A stretch of 64,000 bases of DNA, from the NCBI GenBank assembly GCA_963422375.2, contig OY729427.2, forward strand, positions 192,001 to 256,000, in the 5' to 3' direction. Source of the DNA: Bryobacterales bacterium (lineage in GTDB: Bacteria > Acidobacteriota > Terriglobia > Bryobacterales > UBA6623). Under the pieces are notes generated by a model. That model was not told where the DNA came from. It made no database searches and saw only the letters and a program-made list of their open reading frames with translations. Positions 1 through 8,832 of this stretch are shown one piece after another (the first letter of the stretch is position 1; the number at the start of each line of letters is the position of its first letter). The translations under genes were made by a program, and so were the position numbers.

Positions 1-862
1 CGCAGTCGCGGTCGTTGCACCGTCCCGCGAACTCCGTCAGGTAGCGGCCGAGATGACGGACGCTCATCCGGTGATAGGTTCCGTACAGGCCGCGCTTGAA
101 CAGGGACCGGAACGATTCGATGCCGTTCGTATGCGCCGCCCCGCGCACGTACTCGCCGCGGGAGTGCTTGACGGCTTCGTGCGGGAACTCCGCCATGCCG
201 GCGTAGGCCGCCGCCTCGTCGGAGTAGAGCTGCGCCCCCGGCGCGACGCGGGCGCGCACGAAGCCCTGCAGGTCGCCCTTGGCGGTGCCCGGCAGCGGCC
301 GCGCGGCCACTGCGTTCGTGGCGCGGTCGCGCGCCCCCGCCACCGGGGTCTTGCCGACGGGCCCGCGCCCGGCGCGGGCCTTCTTGCTCTCGTGCTTGTT
401 GCGCTCCTTGCCGCCGACGCAGGTCTCGTCCACCTCCACCGGGCCGGCGAACAGGCCCTGATCCCGCTCCCGGCACGCGCGGATGCGGTGCGCCAGGTGC
501 CAGGCCGACTTCCGGCTGATGCCCGGGTCGCGGTGCAGCTTCATGCTCGAGACGCCCTTGATGCCGGTAGTCAGCAGGAACAGGGCGACGGCCCGGGTGC
601 GGTAGCCGAGCTTGGTGTCGGCCATCACGCTGCCGGTGCGCACCGAAAAGCGCTTGCCGCAGCCGCGGCAACGGTACGGCATCGAAGGGTGGGCCGTGCC
701 GGACTGCACGCTGGAGCCGCGGCAGTGGGGGCATACCGGACCGTCGGGCCAGCGCATGGAGGCGAACCACTTTTCCGCGGATTCGTCATCGCGGAACATG
801 GCGATCACTTCAATCAGAGTGATGCCTTTACGAAACCACTTCCCGGGACCTTTCTGCTTCAT
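1..862 (-). CDS. IS1595-family transposase, 3' end outside the window, probably degenerating
   Basis: Not in the ORF track because it has no stop in the window. Manual translation from ATG at 862 (GAGG RBS upstream): MKQKGPGKWFRKGITLIEV...RWPDGPVCPHC...YRCRGCGKRFSVRTG (Zn ribbon), KGVSSMKLHRD (HTH), VEVDET, YSDE, HTNGIESF (DDE). Confidence 0.9.
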   Translation of the reverse strand, partial: MKQKGPGKWFRKGITLIEVIAMFRDDESAEKWFASMRWPDGPVCPHCRGSSVQSGTAHPSMPYRCRGCGKRFSVRTGSVMADTKLGYRTRAVALFLLTTGIKGVSSMKLHRDPGISRKSAWHLAHRIRACRERDQGLFAGPVEVDETCVGGKERNKHESKKARAGRGPVGKTPVAGARDRATNAVAARPLPGTAKGDLQGFVRARVAPGAQLYSDEAAAYAGMAEFPHEAVKHSRGEYVRGAAHTNGIESFRSLFKRGLYGTYHRMSVRHLGRYLTEFAGRCNDRDC

Positions 863-885
863 AGACGACCTCATATATCGGAACT

Positions 886-915
886 ATTCTACCAAAATAA
901 TCCACCGACTGTCAA
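886..915 (-). promoter_or_regulatory. sigma70-type promoter of the IS1595 transposase, near the probable IS end (~924)
   Basis: Minus strand TTGACA (915-910), 18-nt spacer ending TGG, then TAGAAT (891-886), about 24 nt upstream of the ATG. Confidence 0.7.
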
Positions 916-1029
916 CAGATCTCCGGAAGAAATATGAAATTAATTTATGGACTGATAATTTGCAAAATCGGTTGCCTCGGCACTCAGATATATAATTCCC
1001 TTTTAATTCTAGTAGATTGTAATAATATA

Positions 1030-2048
1030 CCTGATTACCAACGAACGTCAGCCGAGGATATGCTATACTGGAGGAGGTCGGAAACCTCTGACAGGAAAGG
1101 GGATAGCAGATGAAACGCAATCGCGTGCAATTCCAGAAGGGACTCAGCCTGGGCAAGTTCCTGCAGCGCTACGGCAGCGAGGGGCCATGCGAGCAGGCCG
1201 TCTTCAACGCCCGCTGGCCGGACGGCTTCCGCTGCCCGGAGTGCGGCTCCCGACGGCACTGCCGCATCCGCTCCCGCAAGCTCCGGCAGTGCCATGCCTG
1301 CCACCGCCGGACCTCCCTCGTCGCCGGCACGATCTTCGCCGCCACCCAGCTGCCGCTGACCGTCCGGTTGCTGGCGATCCACCTGCTGACGCAGGGCCAG
1401 CACGGCGTTTCGTCGCTGGAACTGGCGCGGCAGCCGGGGGTCAGCCGGAACACGGCTTGGAAGATGAAGCACAAGCTCTTGCAAGTGATGAAGGAGCGCG
1501 ACGAGCGCCTGCCGCCGGGCGGCATCGTGCAGGTGGACGACGCCTACCGGGGCGGGGAGCGGAGCGGCGGCCAGCGCGGGCGCGGCGCCGTTCGTGGCCG
1601 CCGTGCAGGTCAGCGCCGCCGGCCAGCCGGCAAGGATGCGCATGAGCGGCGTGGCGGGCTTCCGCAAGAAGACGCTGGCAGCGTGGGCCGGGCGGCACTT
1701 GCAGCCCGGCACGGAGGTGCATTCCGACGGCCCGGCCTGCTTCCGGGGCGTGGCCGACGCCGGCTGCGAGCACGTGCCGACCGTCACCGGAGGCGGCAAG
1801 CGGAGCTGCGGGGATTCCCGCTTCGTCCGGGTCAACACGATGCTGGCGAACGTCAAGCAGTCCCTGGCGGGAACCTGCCATTCGTTCGACGGCAAGCACC
1901 TGCCGCGGTACCTCGCCGAGTTCCGCTACCGCTTCAACCGCCGCTACGATCTCGAGGCGCTGGTCCCCCGCCTGCTCCACGCCTCCGTGCGCACCCCGCC
2001 CATGCCTTACCGCCTCCTAACCTTGGCTGAGTCTTGTGAGTAATCAGG
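1030..2048 (+). mobile_element. IS1595-family insertion sequence (ISSod11-like group) with both ends
   Basis: Imperfect 28-bp terminal inverted repeats: CCTGATTACCAACGAACGTCAGCCGAGG (1030-1057) and the reverse complement of 2021-2048, CCTGATTACTCACAAGACTCAGCCAAGG. Flanking 8-bp near-duplication ATAATATA (1022-1029) / AAAATATA (2049-2056). Confidence 0.88.
1110..2043 (+). pseudogene. IS1595 transposase pseudogene, frameshifted near 1590
   Basis: N-terminal half MKRNRVQFQKGLSL...RWPDGFRCPECG...QVDDAY is in one frame. C-terminal half PFVAAVQ...HSDG...VNTMLANVK...RYLAEFRYRFNRR is in another frame (ORF 1594..2043). Confidence 0.88.
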
Positions 2049-2599
2049 AAAATATATGATTTAATATAAAATATATATAAAGAAATAATGGTAATAATGG
2101 TAAAATCTATTTAATTCCAAATAGATCCAATATCAATGCAATAAGGATCTGATACAAAACTCTCGAAATGCGCCTTGGGACCGCGGCCGGAGCCGGTGCC
2201 CGGCACCTTCCCGGAGGTCCCGGCCAGCGCCGGCCGACCCGCTCGCCGGGCCGAGGCAGCGCCGCCCGTGCCCCGGGCCGGCCCGCAGGTCGCGCGCGGC
2301 AGCGCCGGCGGCCGTCGCGCGGGAGGGTCCGCCAAGGCGCCGGCTAGGGGCCGCCCGCCACGCCCTCGCGACACGCAGCGGGACGGGGATCCTGCGCCGC
2401 GTGCCGCGTCGTCGGCGACGGCGCGTCTCGCGCCGGACCCTGACTGACCGCCGCCCCCTCGCCCCGATGTCAGGTCCGACCGCCGTTGCCACCTCGGGCA
2501 GGGGTGTTGCTCGGCAAGGCCCCTGCGGGTGCCCGGGCCGTCGGCCGGACATCTCCGCTAGCCGGGCCCCTCGGTCCGCCGTCCGCCGACTCGCGTCAG

Positions 2600-3500
2600 G
2601 GCACCGCCTCAAGTGCCTGAATCGAAAGGCCTTGCGGAGAATCCCACGGCCTCACCCCGGGACGGCCGTACTTGACCAATCCTTCGATGTACGGAATTCT
2701 GAGGCTGCCGAAGTCGCTACAGAACAACCGAGAACCGAACCGAGGATTTTCCAGGCAGCCGGAGCGCACCAGACGCCAAACGAGCGTCCCGCGCCGTGCC
2801 AGGTGACCGACGGCCAAGGGTGCGTGTGACCTCCCTGCGTCGACGCTCGAAGGATCAACCCGGACAGAGGCCGGATCGGGCCTCGTCCGATCATCCGTCC
2901 ATGTTAGTCCGCATTTCCCCACTGCACCGGTGTGGGCCAGTTCTCCTCAGGGGGAGTGCCTTGGCCGACTAGGGGCGACGGCACTGAGACCGGGCCAGCC
3001 ACGCTGGGGTTCGCCGCCATCGGACCGCCCCCGTTGCGCTTGACGCTTCGGCGCACAAAGCCTGCGAAGGGCTCGCGTGGAACCGCCAGCGGCGACAGGT
3101 CGACCTTGCGGTCGGAGTGGCTGTGACCCGGGGGCGTCGCCAGCGACTGACCGGGCGGAGCCAAGCAGGGAAGGGGCACGTTGACGCTACGGGGTCGCCC
3201 AGCAGTCACTTCCCAGCATTCGGGCGTATGCAGCTTGATCGTGGAGCTCCGCTCTAGGTCGGGGCGCGATAGGCGATCGCGAGTTGCTTCATCCCACACC
3301 GGCGGGAGGCCGTCGCGGCCGCACTCGGTGCGCAGCCCGGAACCGCGCTCGAACCGGGCGTTGCGCACGGTGTGGCGACGGGAGGCGACTGGCTTGTGGT
3401 TGACGCGCGGAGAGTAGCGCATCGCACGCAGCAGGCGGCCGCCAAGCTGGCCGCACTGCGACAGATCAACTTGAGCCCACCTATCGGCTCCGCAGCCGTC
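2600..3500 (-). pseudogene. possible heavily decayed gene, perhaps a trypsin-like peptidase
   Basis: Protein-like fragments in shifting frames (RRHTV; HSHSDRKVDL; PVSV..P..GQ; SDFG..IEGLVKYGRPG) with stops. Resemblance judged by eye only. Confidence 0.2.
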
Positions 3501-3771
3501 TCGCTTGCAAGCAGATCCCTGAGTCTCTGCCTTATGGCAGACCGTTTTGTCGCCGGACTGACGGCTCCCGCCCGCCCGGCGCGTCTGCGCTGCGGCGGCA
3601 CTTGGCCGACAATGGATTGCCGACGATGACTACTATAGACACAATGCTTCGGCTGGGTGCGACGTCCGTCGCAGGCGGCGACTCGCAGCGGATCCAGAAT
3701 TCAGCGCCGGAAACAGGACAGACGTCGTGCAACCTCGCTCCAGCCCCTGCTCGCGACGTTGAAGTAACTCC

Positions 3772-4737
3772 TCAATCTCGCACTGGCGGCATCTGTTCCG
3801 ACGTCATCACGAGCACTCCCCAGAGCTTTGATCTCGCTCCCGCTTCGTCTCGGATCGTCTTCCCTGCCCACCATGTTTCGTGGTGCAAGAGACCGTCCGG
3901 AGAGTTCTCGAACCTGTCTACGTCACCAACTGCGAGATTGAAGCCGATGGGCGTGTCGGGGTCTCCCATCGCCCAGTAGCGGCCGTCTCCGATCTCGATA
4001 CCGCCGTTCAGACGGATTCCAACTTCGATCACGTAACTGTTGTTCGGCTGGTCGATCGAAGTGCGGGTCTCGATAATGTCATCTAGGATCCATCGCCTGT
4101 TGTTCTCCCAGTTCTCGACGGTGCGGCCTGGCCCGTGGGGAAGCATGCCGGGGACGCCCACTCCACCCTCGAGCGACTTGGTCAAGTTGAAGATGATTTG
4201 GATGCCACGGCCGTCTCCGGTGACGTCGGCGATAGGTGTGCCGAGGTCCAGCATTCGTCCGTAGAGGAGGATCTCCACCATGTCGCCGAACCATGGCCAG
4301 CCTCTCTCGCGCTCGCCGATAACGTGTGCGTCCGGGGCTCGGGAAGGCAGCCAGCGATCAGTCTCGATTCCGTACAAGATGTCGTCAGTGACCTCGAGAG
4401 CAATGTAAAGCCGCTCGCCGTCATGCTTGATCCAACCCGAGAAGCTGAGATCTTCCGGCGACCCGATCTCCGCCTGCATGGCTTCGATCCACTCGCGGCT
4501 CCACGTGAAGTGCGCCCCGTCCTCGTATTCGTTCGCCGAGATGCGGCCGTCGAACTCCGGTGTTCCCCCCTTCCAGCAGATCAGTCGCCGCTCGAGGTCC
4601 ACCCTTGCTCCCGCGGCAGCTTGGCGAACGTGATCTGATTCAAGCACTAGCTCGGGGGCGACGGTCCCAGCGGAGCAGCCCGCAAGAATGGCTCCGAGGC
4701 ACGGCACTGCGAGTCTTGCGAACATCGACTTCTTCAT
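3772..4737 (-). CDS. lipoprotein with a CBM9/DOMON-like sugar-binding domain
   Basis: 321 aa. Lipobox ILAGC. Motifs PEFDGRIS..EY, WIKHDGERLYIALEVTDD, YVIEVGI, IGFNLAVGDVD. Confidence 0.65.
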   Translation of the reverse strand: MKKSMFARLAVPCLGAILAGCSAGTVAPELVLESDHVRQAAAGARVDLERRLICWKGGTPEFDGRISANEYEDGAHFTWSREWIEAMQAEIGSPEDLSFSGWIKHDGERLYIALEVTDDILYGIETDRWLPSRAPDAHVIGERERGWPWFGDMVEILLYGRMLDLGTPIADVTGDGRGIQIIFNLTKSLEGGVGVPGMLPHGPGRTVENWENNRRWILDDIIETRTSIDQPNNSYVIEVGIRLNGGIEIGDGRYWAMGDPDTPIGFNLAVGDVDRFENSPDGLLHHETWWAGKTIRDEAGARSKLWGVLVMTSEQMPPVRD

Positions 4738-4947
4738 GATTTCGCCGTGAGAATAGCAGAATGAGGCCTGTGACGCAACAACTCTCCATCGAGCAGGACT
4801 TGCTCTTGAGTCGCGGCTTCCCGCGCCAACTCGATGTCCTCCCGGTAGAGCGGTAAGCTGTTCGCTGGGCGGTTAGGGACGACAATTCAAATGCTGTTCG
4901 GTTCGGGCTCCAGAAGCGCTTCGTCAGGACCGGGCGAGGTCCTCCTG

Positions 4948-5817
4948 CTAATGCCTTGACCGTTGCGGTTGTAGTGGAACACCCTTGAACGTTGCGACCT
5001 GCGCAGTAATGGCTCGCTCAGTAGGAAGCCGCTCCACGCTGCTCGCGCCGAAGAAGCCGACGATTCCTCTGGTGTGCTCGAGGACGTAGCTCACGTCCTC
5101 CGGCTCGCTGACCGGTCCTCCGTGACAGATGACCAGAGCGTCTTCGCGAACCTTCATTGCAGCGTCGTGGATGGCTTGAATCTCCGTTACCGCCTCGTCG
5201 AGGGTCTTGGCTGTCTTGGCGCCGGTCAGGCCCTTAACGGTCAGACCCATGTGGGCAACCAGAACATCGGCTCCGGCTTCGGCCATGGACACGGCCTCCG
5301 CCGCGTTGAACACATAAGGCGTAGTCAGCAGATCCAGCTCGTGCGCGGTGCCGATCATTTCAACTTCCCTAGCGAAACTCATCCCCGTCTCTTCCAAGTT
5401 CCGCCGAAACATACCATCGATCAGTCCCACGGTGGGAAAGTTCTGCACGCCGCTGAACCCGACAGCCTTGATCTCTCGCAGAAAGACCCGCATCAGCCGG
5501 AACGGGTCGGTGCCGCAGACCCCCGCTAGAACCGGAGTGTCGCGAGCGACGGGAAGCACCTCGCGGGCCATGTCCATGACGATCTGGTTCGCGTCGCCAA
5601 AGGGCATGAGCCCCGACAATGAGCCGTGCCCGGCCATGCGAAAGCGACCCGAGTTATAGATAACGATCAGATCCGCGCCGCCGGCCTGAGCGCACTTGGC
5701 AGAGATGCCCGTGCCAGCACCCGCACCGATGATCGGGCTCCCGCGGGACACTTGGTCGCGAAGTGTCGAGACGATGGCGCGTCTTGGATTGGTGGATGTC
5801 TCGGACGGACGGTTCAT
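4948..5817 (-). CDS. phosphoenolpyruvate hydrolase-like TIM-barrel protein
   Basis: 289 aa with motifs GAGAGTGISAK, IYNSGRFRMAG, GVQNFPTVG, CHGGP, GFFGASSVERLP. Start overlaps the stop of the upstream gene (ATGA). Confidence 0.9.
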   Translation of the reverse strand: MNRPSETSTNPRRAIVSTLRDQVSRGSPIIGAGAGTGISAKCAQAGGADLIVIYNSGRFRMAGHGSLSGLMPFGDANQIVMDMAREVLPVARDTPVLAGVCGTDPFRLMRVFLREIKAVGFSGVQNFPTVGLIDGMFRRNLEETGMSFAREVEMIGTAHELDLLTTPYVFNAAEAVSMAEAGADVLVAHMGLTVKGLTGAKTAKTLDEAVTEIQAIHDAAMKVREDALVICHGGPVSEPEDVSYVLEHTRGIVGFFGASSVERLPTERAITAQVATFKGVPLQPQRSRH

Positions 5818-7046
5818 GTGGGGGCGGACCTAGGCTCGGCATGGAGCTCAACGAGCCGAAGGAGTCCTGCTGCCATCGCGTCGGCGAACGCGGTGTCGTT
5901 GATGTTGGCATCGATCTCGTAGACTGGAATTCCGGGGCGCAAGTTCTCCTTGATGCTGGCGAACAGCGCCTGATCCGCTTCGGGCCAATAAAATGGTTGG
6001 GCCCGAGCGGAGATAATAGAAATCCCCTTGAGCGGCAGATAGACTGCCGCGGGTGCCCTCGATGCATTGAGCCTCGCGGCCAGACGACGTCCCAATTCAC
6101 CGTTCTCCTCGGGTGTTGTTCGCATCAGCGTCACATTTGGGTTGTGCTGGTAGAAACGGCGCTCCCGGTAGGCTGCAGGGACTGAGTCGGGAGCCCAGAA
6201 ATTTACCATGTCGAGGCATCCGGGTGCCACGGCGGCGGGGATCCCAGTCCGGGCCGCGCCTTCGAGGCGCGCGGGGCCGGCACTCATCACTCCTCCGGCG
6301 AGCTCGTCCGCCAGTTCGGTTGTCGTCGCGTCCAACACCCCAGAGATATGGCCGGACTCGACGAGGCTTTCCATGGTTCGCCCGCCGGTGCCCGTTGCGT
6401 GAAAGACGAGAACCTCGAAGCCATTCCGCTCGAGCCGAGCACGGGCGGCCTCGACGCACCGGGTAGTGTTGCCGAACATCGACGCAGCGATCAGTGGCTT
6501 GTCTTCGGCCTCTGGGACCTCAGCTCGGGCCATCGCTGTCACTGCCGCTGCGGCCTGGGCCAGCACGCGCCGGCTGATGCGGTTCAATCCGCTGATATCG
6601 ACGATGGACGGAACCATGGTGATATCCTTCGCGCCAACAAACGCCGAGACGTCGCCCCCGGAGACGGTGGAGACCATGACTTTCGGAACGCCTATCCGCA
6701 GCCCCCTCATGGCGGCGGTCGCCATCGTCGTGCCCGCACTCCCGCCAATGCCGATGACAGCCTGGATTCGACTCCGTGCGTAGAGGCCCGTCACCACCCT
6801 TGCGACACCGCGAGTCATGGCGGCCACTGCATGGCCGCGGTCTCCAGCTTCAGCCAACGACTCGACCCGTTCTCCAGCGGCACGCGCCACCGCTTGGCGA
6901 GAGACGTCTGGTTCCATGAGGGGCGGACCGAGCACGCCAATGTCGACGACGAAGGCGTCGCAACCGCGTGCGCGAATCTGCTCGGCGAGAAACCTAACTT
7001 CCGTTCCCTTGGTGTCCAAGGTTCCGAGAACCGCGATCATTGTCAT
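5814..7046 (-). CDS. Tm-1-like ATP-binding domain protein (UPF0261)
   Basis: 410 aa with motifs GTLDTKG, GGSAGT, GVPKVMVST, SMFGNTT, VFHATGTGG, PGCLDMVNF, HNPNVTLMRT. Confidence 0.92.
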   Translation of the reverse strand: MTMIAVLGTLDTKGTEVRFLAEQIRARGCDAFVVDIGVLGPPLMEPDVSRQAVARAAGERVESLAEAGDRGHAVAAMTRGVARVVTGLYARSRIQAVIGIGGSAGTTMATAAMRGLRIGVPKVMVSTVSGGDVSAFVGAKDITMVPSIVDISGLNRISRRVLAQAAAAVTAMARAEVPEAEDKPLIAASMFGNTTRCVEAARARLERNGFEVLVFHATGTGGRTMESLVESGHISGVLDATTTELADELAGGVMSAGPARLEGAARTGIPAAVAPGCLDMVNFWAPDSVPAAYRERRFYQHNPNVTLMRTTPEENGELGRRLAARLNASRAPAAVYLPLKGISIISARAQPFYWPEADQALFASIKENLRPGIPVYEIDANINDTAFADAMAAGLLRLVELHAEPRSAPT

Positions 7047-7331
7047 AGGGACCTATAGGTTACTGTGAGCGGCAGGAGCGGAGATTCTTGGCGCGGAGGT
7101 CTAGCGCGTGGTTGTCCCCCACCGCTCGTCTAGTAACATGGCACCGACAGCCATGCTAACGGGCGGTCGAGCGTGCAGCGTGCATTGTGGACGGATGGTG
7201 CCTCGGTCTCGGAAGACCTAGGGAGACCATAGTTCCATGAGCCAGCCATTGATCACTGTGGTCGGCGACACATTCGATTGATTCCCACGGCTCGGTGACG
7301 TCACCGACCAAGACCTCGACCTCGGATGGAA

Positions 7332-8693
7332 CTAATCGCGTCCCGCCGCGATCTGAGCGCCGAATACTGCCTGCTCGACCTCGCCATAAACCGCCGGCGG
7401 ATAGCCCGGAATCTGCTCGACACTTTCCGTCTCACGTGCAAGCGGCTTGTGGTAGCTGAGCCGCTCTCGCAGTGCTTCTACTTTGTCCGGACGACTCCCG
7501 GCAAGGTTCACTTCCTCATACGGGTCCTCCCGAATGTTATACAGCTGCAGCTCTTGGTTGCGCCACCCGTAGTAGCTCGCCCCTTCCTCAATCAGCTTCC
7601 AATCGCCTACGCGGATCACCTCGAGCGAATGCACCACCTCGTCGCGGGGACTGCGTCCCCCTTGGGCGAGTGCCTCCCACGCGTCGAGTCCGTCGACCGG
7701 AAGCCCCGAATCGGTATTCGCTCCAGCGAGGCGGGCGAATGTAGGGAATAGATCGATCACGTGCAGCATCTCATCGCTAACCGATCCCGCCGGGATTTGT
7801 CCCGGCCACATCAGGGCTGCAGGCACTCTAATGCCTCCCTCGTGATAATTCGACTTGAAACCGCGGTACGGACCGTTGGATGTCAGCCGAATGCCACCGT
7901 TGTCGTTTGTAAACATCACCAAGGTGTCGTCGCGCAAGCCCTCGCGCTCAAGGGCCTCGAGAACCTGTCCGATAGCAATGTCCATGCATTCCAACTGCGC
8001 CCTCTGAGGCCCCTTCCGCCCTAGATGCTTGTACTTCGCAAGATACTCATCAGGTGCCTGATGAGGACCATGCACGGCGTTGAACGGCAGATACAAGAAA
8101 AACGGCCCCCGCCCGTCGTGCCCCTCGATCAACCGAGTGGCTTCATCCGCCAGCAAATACGTCGAGTAGCCTTCCTCGACCACCGGACGCCCATTCCGAT
8201 GCCAATCAAGCACCGGCCCGCGCATGTGCGTGAATGAATCGATCAACGCCGAGTAGTGCCCGTAATGATGGTCGAACCCACGCTGAAGGGGCAGATGCGG
8301 CCGCTGCCACTCTCCGAGATGCCACTTGCCGACCATCCAAGTGTGGTAGCCAACCTCGCGGAGTGCCTCGGCGATGGTCCGCTCGTCAAGCAGCATGCCG
8401 TGCCGCGACTGCGCAGTCGGCCGCACTTCCATGCCGTTCTTCCAAGCGTACCGGCCGGTCAACAGGCAGGCGCGAGTCGGCGAGCAAACCGGTTGCACGT
8501 AGAACTGCGTTAGCTTGACACCCTCGTCTGCTATGCGGTCGATACTGGGTGTCGGAACTTCCACCCCGCCGTTAAATCCAACCTGCTCCCAGCCCATGTC
8601 GTCGGACAGGAACACGACGAAGTTCGGTCGGGGAGGCGCTTGGGCATAGAGCGTAACAGCGACCAACACCAGCAGCGAAGCACGGGAAATCAT
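7332..8693 (-). CDS. secreted arylsulfatase (formylglycine-dependent, arylsulfatase B-like)
   Basis: 453 aa. Signal peptide, PNFVVFLSDD, CSPTR (CxPxR), GKWHLG, DNGG, EGGIRVP. Confidence 0.92.
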   Translation of the reverse strand: MISRASLLVLVAVTLYAQAPPRPNFVVFLSDDMGWEQVGFNGGVEVPTPSIDRIADEGVKLTQFYVQPVCSPTRACLLTGRYAWKNGMEVRPTAQSRHGMLLDERTIAEALREVGYHTWMVGKWHLGEWQRPHLPLQRGFDHHYGHYSALIDSFTHMRGPVLDWHRNGRPVVEEGYSTYLLADEATRLIEGHDGRGPFFLYLPFNAVHGPHQAPDEYLAKYKHLGRKGPQRAQLECMDIAIGQVLEALEREGLRDDTLVMFTNDNGGIRLTSNGPYRGFKSNYHEGGIRVPAALMWPGQIPAGSVSDEMLHVIDLFPTFARLAGANTDSGLPVDGLDAWEALAQGGRSPRDEVVHSLEVIRVGDWKLIEEGASYYGWRNQELQLYNIREDPYEEVNLAGSRPDKVEALRERLSYHKPLARETESVEQIPGYPPAVYGEVEQAVFGAQIAAGRD

Positions 8694-8832
8694 GCTCGCG
8701 ATTGTCGCACTTGTGAATACTGTCTGTCAATGAAGGAAGCGATTCGGAATGGACGAGCCTGCCAGTCGACCTAGCGACCGCCCCGACTCTGTTCTCGACC
8801 GGAGCTGGCACGATTCACGCAGTCCGCCCTAG

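Noticed and set aside
53..937. 294-aa plus-strand ORF
   Set aside because: Antisense shadow of the IS1595 transposase on the minus strand (862 to beyond position 1).
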